A stretch of 64,000 nucleotides of DNA from an uncultured bacterium (GTDB lineage Bacteria; Oederibacteriota; PGYV01; CAWJRG01): positions 160,001 through 224,000 of the forward strand of contig CAWJRG010000001.1 of the NCBI GenBank assembly GCA_963845185.1, written 5' to 3'. Under the pieces are notes generated by a model. That model searched no databases and was not told the DNA's origin. It saw only the letters and a list, made by a program, of their open reading frames with translations. This document shows positions 59,701-64,000 of this stretch, in pieces; position 1 is the first letter of the stretch, and each line of letters starts with the position of its first letter. A program made the position numbers and the translations under genes.

Positions 59701-62296
59701 TGCTGAACTTGAAATGCGATCCGAATGTGCCGGTATTTCCCGCCTTATCCTTTGCAATCACGTGCAAATACCAGACCCCGTCGGCCAGGTCGGGCGATAC
59801 AATCATGTCCTTTTCTGTCCATGTGGCTGTAATGTCCGGAACAGTTTTTGGGAAATTATCGACAATGTAATAGTAACCTTCTATTCCGGATAAATCCTCG
59901 GCCGGGTTGAGCTTGAACTGGCCTTTCTTGATGTTATACCATTTTTGCGAGTCGGGATGGCTGATTGAGGAAATATTGGGAGGCAGCGCAACCGTGTCTA
60001 TATTAAATTTATAATGCGCTGTTTCTTTCGAAATGTTTCCGGCCATGTCTTTTGTCTTTACATGCGCGTACCATGTCCCGTCGGCCTTGCCGCCCGCGGA
60101 AATTTCCGTGGAATTGGTGAAAATCCAGTCGGGCTGCCTCGGCTCGGTATCGGGTTTGTTGTCGACGCAGTAATAAAAACCTTCTATTCCCGATAAATCA
60201 TGCGGCTTTGCTATGTGTATTTCCAGCGCGGTATTCTTGTACCACGAGCCCTTGTCGGGATGGCTCTTCGAGCTTAAAACAGGCGCCAGCGCCTCTGTAT
60301 CTATATTTATCCTGTAATGCGATGTTTTTGTGCCGGTGTTCCCTGCTTTGTCCTTCGCGACTATGTGGAAATACTTTACGCCGTCGTCTATCGGCTGTAT
60401 CTTGCATGTGGTATCCGTAATGAATGTTCCTGTCCGCTCTGTCGGCACCGTGTTCGGCAAATCATCGATTATATAATAATAACCTTCTATGCCCGATAAA
60501 TCGTCGGGCGCGGTCCACTGGAAAACAGGCGTGTTGATGTTGTACCATTTCTCGCGGTCAGGGTGCGTGATCGATGTTACAACAGGCGGCAGCACTGCCG
60601 TGTCTATGCGCAGCGCGAAATGCGAAACCGTGGTGCTTATATTGCCGGCCTTATCCTCGATCAAAAGGTGGAAATACGATACCCCGTCCTCGATGCTTTT
60701 TATTGTTATGCCCTCTTTTACCGTCTTGTGGCAGCGCTCGATTTTCGGCGTGGTATAAGGGCTGTCGTCCAGCATGTAAAGGTAATTATTCACGTCCGCA
60801 TGCAGGCCCCAGAAAAGCTCGGCTTCGCTGGTGTTATACCATTTTTCCTGGTCAGGATGCGTGCGGGAAGTGATGACCGGAGTCACGGCGGCCGTGGTGG
60901 AAAAAACATAATCCTCCTGCATGCCGGAAAAACTGCCCATGTCTGAATAAGTAAGCAGCCTGAAGTGGTACGTGGTGAGCGATTTAAGGTTGTTAAGCGT
61001 AGTCTTATGTTTCGTATTCATGGTCTCGCTTATAATCTTATTGCCGTATGTAATGTCCGTCCCGTATTCAAGTATTGTCTTTGCGTCTTTGTCCGTCTCC
61101 CAGCTTACCTGCACGCTGTGTGACGTTATTTCCCCTGTTTCCGCCTTCAGGACTTTCGGCGGCGGGGTATTGCTCATGGTCGTCCTGAATATCCTGCCTT
61201 TGGGCGACGAGCCGAAATACAAATAGCCGTTGAAGACAAAAAGGTTCCTTATGTCCTCTTCTTCTGTCTGGAAAGCCGTTTCCCATTTTTTTCCATCCGG
61301 CGACTTGTATATTTTGCCGTTGTCGCCGCTGCCGCAGTAAAGCATGTTGCCGAAAAGCGCGAACTTGAAAAAATTCACGTCTTTTTCGCTGAAAAAATTC
61401 TCAACCCAGTTTATGCCATCGTCGGTTGCGAATATCAAGCCGCCCGTGGCTTTTGAAGTCGAGGCGTAAAGCCTGTTTTTGAACACGAAGAAATCGTTGA
61501 CAAACGACTGGTTTGTGTCGAAAATCTTCTGCCAGTTGACCCCATCGGCAGTCCTGTATATGAGCCCGTTCTGGTAGGTGCCTGCGTATAAATAATCCCT
61601 GAACACGCGCAGGGATGTTATGGCAAGCTCAGGCGTGGTGAGGGATATCACCCAGTGCGTGCCGTTATATGTGTATATTTTTCCTTCGTTTGACGTCCCC
61701 GCAAAAAGCCTGCCGTGAAACGCCTCGATGCAGTGTATCCTCGCCTCGCCGCTGTTAAAGGCAAGCGCCCAGTTTTTGCCGTCCTGGGTCTCGTAAATGC
61801 CGCCGTTAGCGTTTGTCCCGCAGAACATTTTCGGCGTGCCCAGGTCGTTGAAGGATTTCAGGCAGTAAATCTGAGGGGTATAATCCCCGAGCGGCATGGT
61901 GCCGTCGCTTTCCGGCGCCTTTGTGGTGCCGACCGGCGGGTTAAAATACGGCGAAAAAATATTGGCGACCGTGATTGACTCCCACGCGCTTATATCCCCT
62001 GTTTTTGTCCTTATTACCACGTCTTTGTTCGTGGCCGCGTAAAGCTGGCCGTTAAACTCCTCAAAATCATAGACTATGTTGTTTATGGAGTCCTCGTACA
62101 CCGGGATGAAAGATTCCTTTGGGACATATTTTATGTAAAGCGGCATGGCTGCCTTTATGTTTTTAAGCACATCGCTTCTGCTCTCCCCGCTCGCGATGAG
62201 CCCGGGCAGGTCGCTGCATTCGCCAATGAATTTCCCGTCATCCTCTTTTATCGTTACCTCAAAATTTACTGTTATGTCCTTTTTGCTTTCCTTCAT
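56737..62296 (-). CDS. ~1,850-aa multidomain protein split by a frameshift near 59613: HicB-like N-terminus, beta-propeller, Fn3, ten ~100-aa Ig-like repeats, carboxypeptidase-regulatory-like domain, FlgD-Ig-like tail
   Basis: ORFs 59441-62296 and 56737-59757 carry the same repeat (S.THP....WY...DG.WYFHI..KD.AGN). Removing one base restores the repeat-aligned WYSNQLPQISWDTP. Confidence 0.8.
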
Positions 62297-62319
62297 GTTT
62301 CTCCTAGAAACCGCCTTTC

Positions 62320-62413
62320 ACCCTCTCTCTGTCTCCCCCGTCAAGGGGGAGAAGATTCTTTTATCTCGCTTCAACACCCTCTCCCTTGACGGGAGAGGGT
62401 TGGGTGAGGGTGA
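62320..62413. repeat. Paired C-run/G-run REP-like palindromes
   Basis: tctccccc-gtcaa-gggggaga and ccctctccc-ttgac-gggagaggg in inverted arrangement. Confidence 0.75.
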
Positions 62414-62431
62414 TGCGTTTTTATTTAAAAT

Positions 62432-62890
62432 CTATTTTATATGGTAAATTACCGCCTGCTCGTCGCACTTCGGAAATTTCGGGCACGAAAAGCAGTCCTT
62501 CCAAATTTTATGGGGAAGATTTTTCCTTGCAATGGCCGAAAAACCTTTGCGCTTGAAATACTCGGGTATCTTGGTCAGCGCAAATACCTTTTTCAGTCCC
62601 AGTTCCTTTGCTTCCTTGAGAGCGTGTGTTATAAGCTTGTCTCCCAGCCCCTGCTTCCTGCATTTTTTTTCAATGACAAACGACCTTATCTCGCCCAGGT
62701 CTTCCCAGTAAACATGCAGGGCAACCGCCCCGTAGATATTCTTCTTTTCATAAAGCACGAAATAATCCCTTATCTGTTCGTAAATATCCTCGAGCGGCCT
62801 TACTATAAGGTCTGCGCCCGGGGTGTATTTTTTCAGCAGGCTCTGGATATATCCCGCGTCTTTTACTCTGGCCCTTCTTATCCTTATCAT
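62432..62890 (-). CDS. GNAT N-acetyltransferase, short ArgA-like
   Basis: ALHVYWEDLGEIRS, VFALT, LPHKIWKDC..CPKFP.CDE. Confidence 0.85.
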   Translation of the reverse strand: MIRIRRARVKDAGYIQSLLKKYTPGADLIVRPLEDIYEQIRDYFVLYEKKNIYGAVALHVYWEDLGEIRSFVIEKKCRKQGLGDKLITHALKEAKELGLKKVFALTKIPEYFKRKGFSAIARKNLPHKIWKDCFSCPKFPKCDEQAVIYHIK

Positions 62891-63441
62891 TTTGCGCTTG
62901 TTTTCCCAGTCACAAAATCCATTCCCGCGTCATAAGCTAGTACGTTTTTGTCGAGTATGTCCTTGCTCCTGTTTTTAAGCGATTCCGCTATTACGCCGCG
63001 TCCGCTTTCTGCCTTAAAAAGCTTTTTTGCTCCAATATATGCGCCTGCTATTACTGTGTTCATGGCCTTTATGAAACCGATCTTCCTCGCCATATCGCCT
63101 GCCGGGATAAGTATTTTTTCCCCGCCGCCAGCCACTGTATCCTGCTGTATCAGGGATATGTTTTCCAGCACAAAAGTATTTTTTGTTGCTTTTGTCCCGT
63201 AAGTATCAACTGCCCTCTGGTCAAAAAATATAAGCGTATCAGGCACGTCAACAAGCGGGGAAAATATTTCCTCGTCTGATATTACCACGTTGCAGAAAGA
63301 AAATCCGCCTCTTTTTTCCGCGCCGTAAGCCGGCACCCAGGAAACTTTCTTGCCCTCGAATATTCCTATATTCGCGAGGAACACGCCGAGCGTCAATACG
63401 CCCTGGCCTCCGCTCCCTGCTATGATTATGTTTTCAGTCAT
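62887..63441 (-). CDS. 2-oxoacid:ferredoxin oxidoreductase gamma subunit
   Basis: AGSGGQGV and PAYGAEKRGG motifs. Confidence 0.93.
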   Translation of the reverse strand: MTENIIIAGSGGQGVLTLGVFLANIGIFEGKKVSWVPAYGAEKRGGFSFCNVVISDEEIFSPLVDVPDTLIFFDQRAVDTYGTKATKNTFVLENISLIQQDTVAGGGEKILIPAGDMARKIGFIKAMNTVIAGAYIGAKKLFKAESGRGVIAESLKNRSKDILDKNVLAYDAGMDFVTGKTSAK

Positions 63442-63479
63442 TTATATTTTCTCCTCAATTCATTTATTGCGCTGCCTTA

Positions 63480-63559
63480 AAACCCCCTGTTATCCCCCTT
63501 TATTAAAGGGGGATGTAATCTCTCCCCCTTAATAAGAGGGAGTATTAGGAGGGGGTTTG
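63480..63559. repeat. Inverted pair of C-run/G-run REP-like palindromes
   Basis: atccccctttattaaagggggat followed by tctcccccttaataagagggag...gggggttt. Confidence 0.75.
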
Positions 63560-63597
63560 CCTTAAATCCCTCTCAAATCAAAGCTACCAAAATTATA

Positions 63598-64000
63598 TTA
63601 ACCAACATCTTTTATCTTCCCTACCGGGAAATATTCTTCCATTTTTTCATCAATCCACTTGTTCGATTCCACTGGTTCCATGCCCCAGTTTGTCGGGCAG
63701 GATGAAAGCACCTCTATAAACGAAAACCCTACTTTATTTATCTGGTTTAAAAAGGCTTTTTTTATTGCCTTTTTTGTCCTTATGACAGAAGCAGCGTCGG
63801 TGACTTTCACGCGCTCCAGATATTTTACGCCCTCGAACTGCGATAAAAGCTCGGAAACTTTTATCGGGTATCCGTAATTTGCCGCGTCCCTGCCCATAGG
63901 CGACGTTGTTGTCACCTGGTTTATAAGTGTGGTCGGCGCGAGCTGTCCGCCCGTCATGCCGTAATTCGCGTTGTTTATGAATATGACCGTAATATTTTCG
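63598..64000 (-). CDS. 2-oxoacid:ferredoxin oxidoreductase beta subunit, 5' end outside the window
   Basis: NNANYGMTGGQLAPTT and FSFIEVLSSCPTNW motifs. Confidence 0.93.
   Translation of the reverse strand, partial: ENITVIFINNANYGMTGGQLAPTTLINQVTTTSPMGRDAANYGYPIKVSELLSQFEGVKYLERVKVTDAASVIRTKKAIKKAFLNQINKVGFSFIEVLSSCPTNWGMEPVESNKWIDEKMEEYFPVGKIKDVG

Noticed and set aside
1..64000. tRNA, rRNA or prophage genes
   Set aside because: None were recognised by eye; tRNAscan-SE and Rfam scans would be needed to exclude them formally.

Overview
A bacterial chromosomal window, mostly minus-strand and moderately AT-rich. The Thr-Pro-linker surface proteins with FlgD/T9SS-CTD-like tails tentatively suggest a Goldbacteria/FCPU426-type candidate-phylum organism (inference only). 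Left to right it holds: a giant (>3,800 aa, running off the window edge) Thr-alternating surface protein preceded by a Cys-rich secreted protein ending in a SecM-like RGSP motif; a cluster of highly diverged NuoJ/K/antiporter-like membrane genes behind secDF; lepB; vWA/VIT genes with an ECF sigma/anti-sigma pair, with a shared candidate ECF promoter motif at three sites; a tandem-domain thyX; an IS1182-family element inserted in the centre of a GTAG palindrome; a CE2-like esterase lipoprotein; a ribokinase-transketolase fusion; an NDP-sugar pyrophosphorylase/PMM-like fusion; a PocR-GAF-PAS two-component pair; purN; an O-antigen-ligase/TPR protein; two NHL-propeller surface proteins with a duplicated leader; two TA modules each bracketed by exact direct repeats; a frameshifted ~1,850-aa HicB-like/Ig-repeat protein; an ArgA-like GNAT; and 2-oxoacid:ferredoxin oxidoreductase subunits. 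A ~100-bp two-hairpin element with covarying stems occurs four times. All domain calls are by-eye motif recognition; no searches were run.
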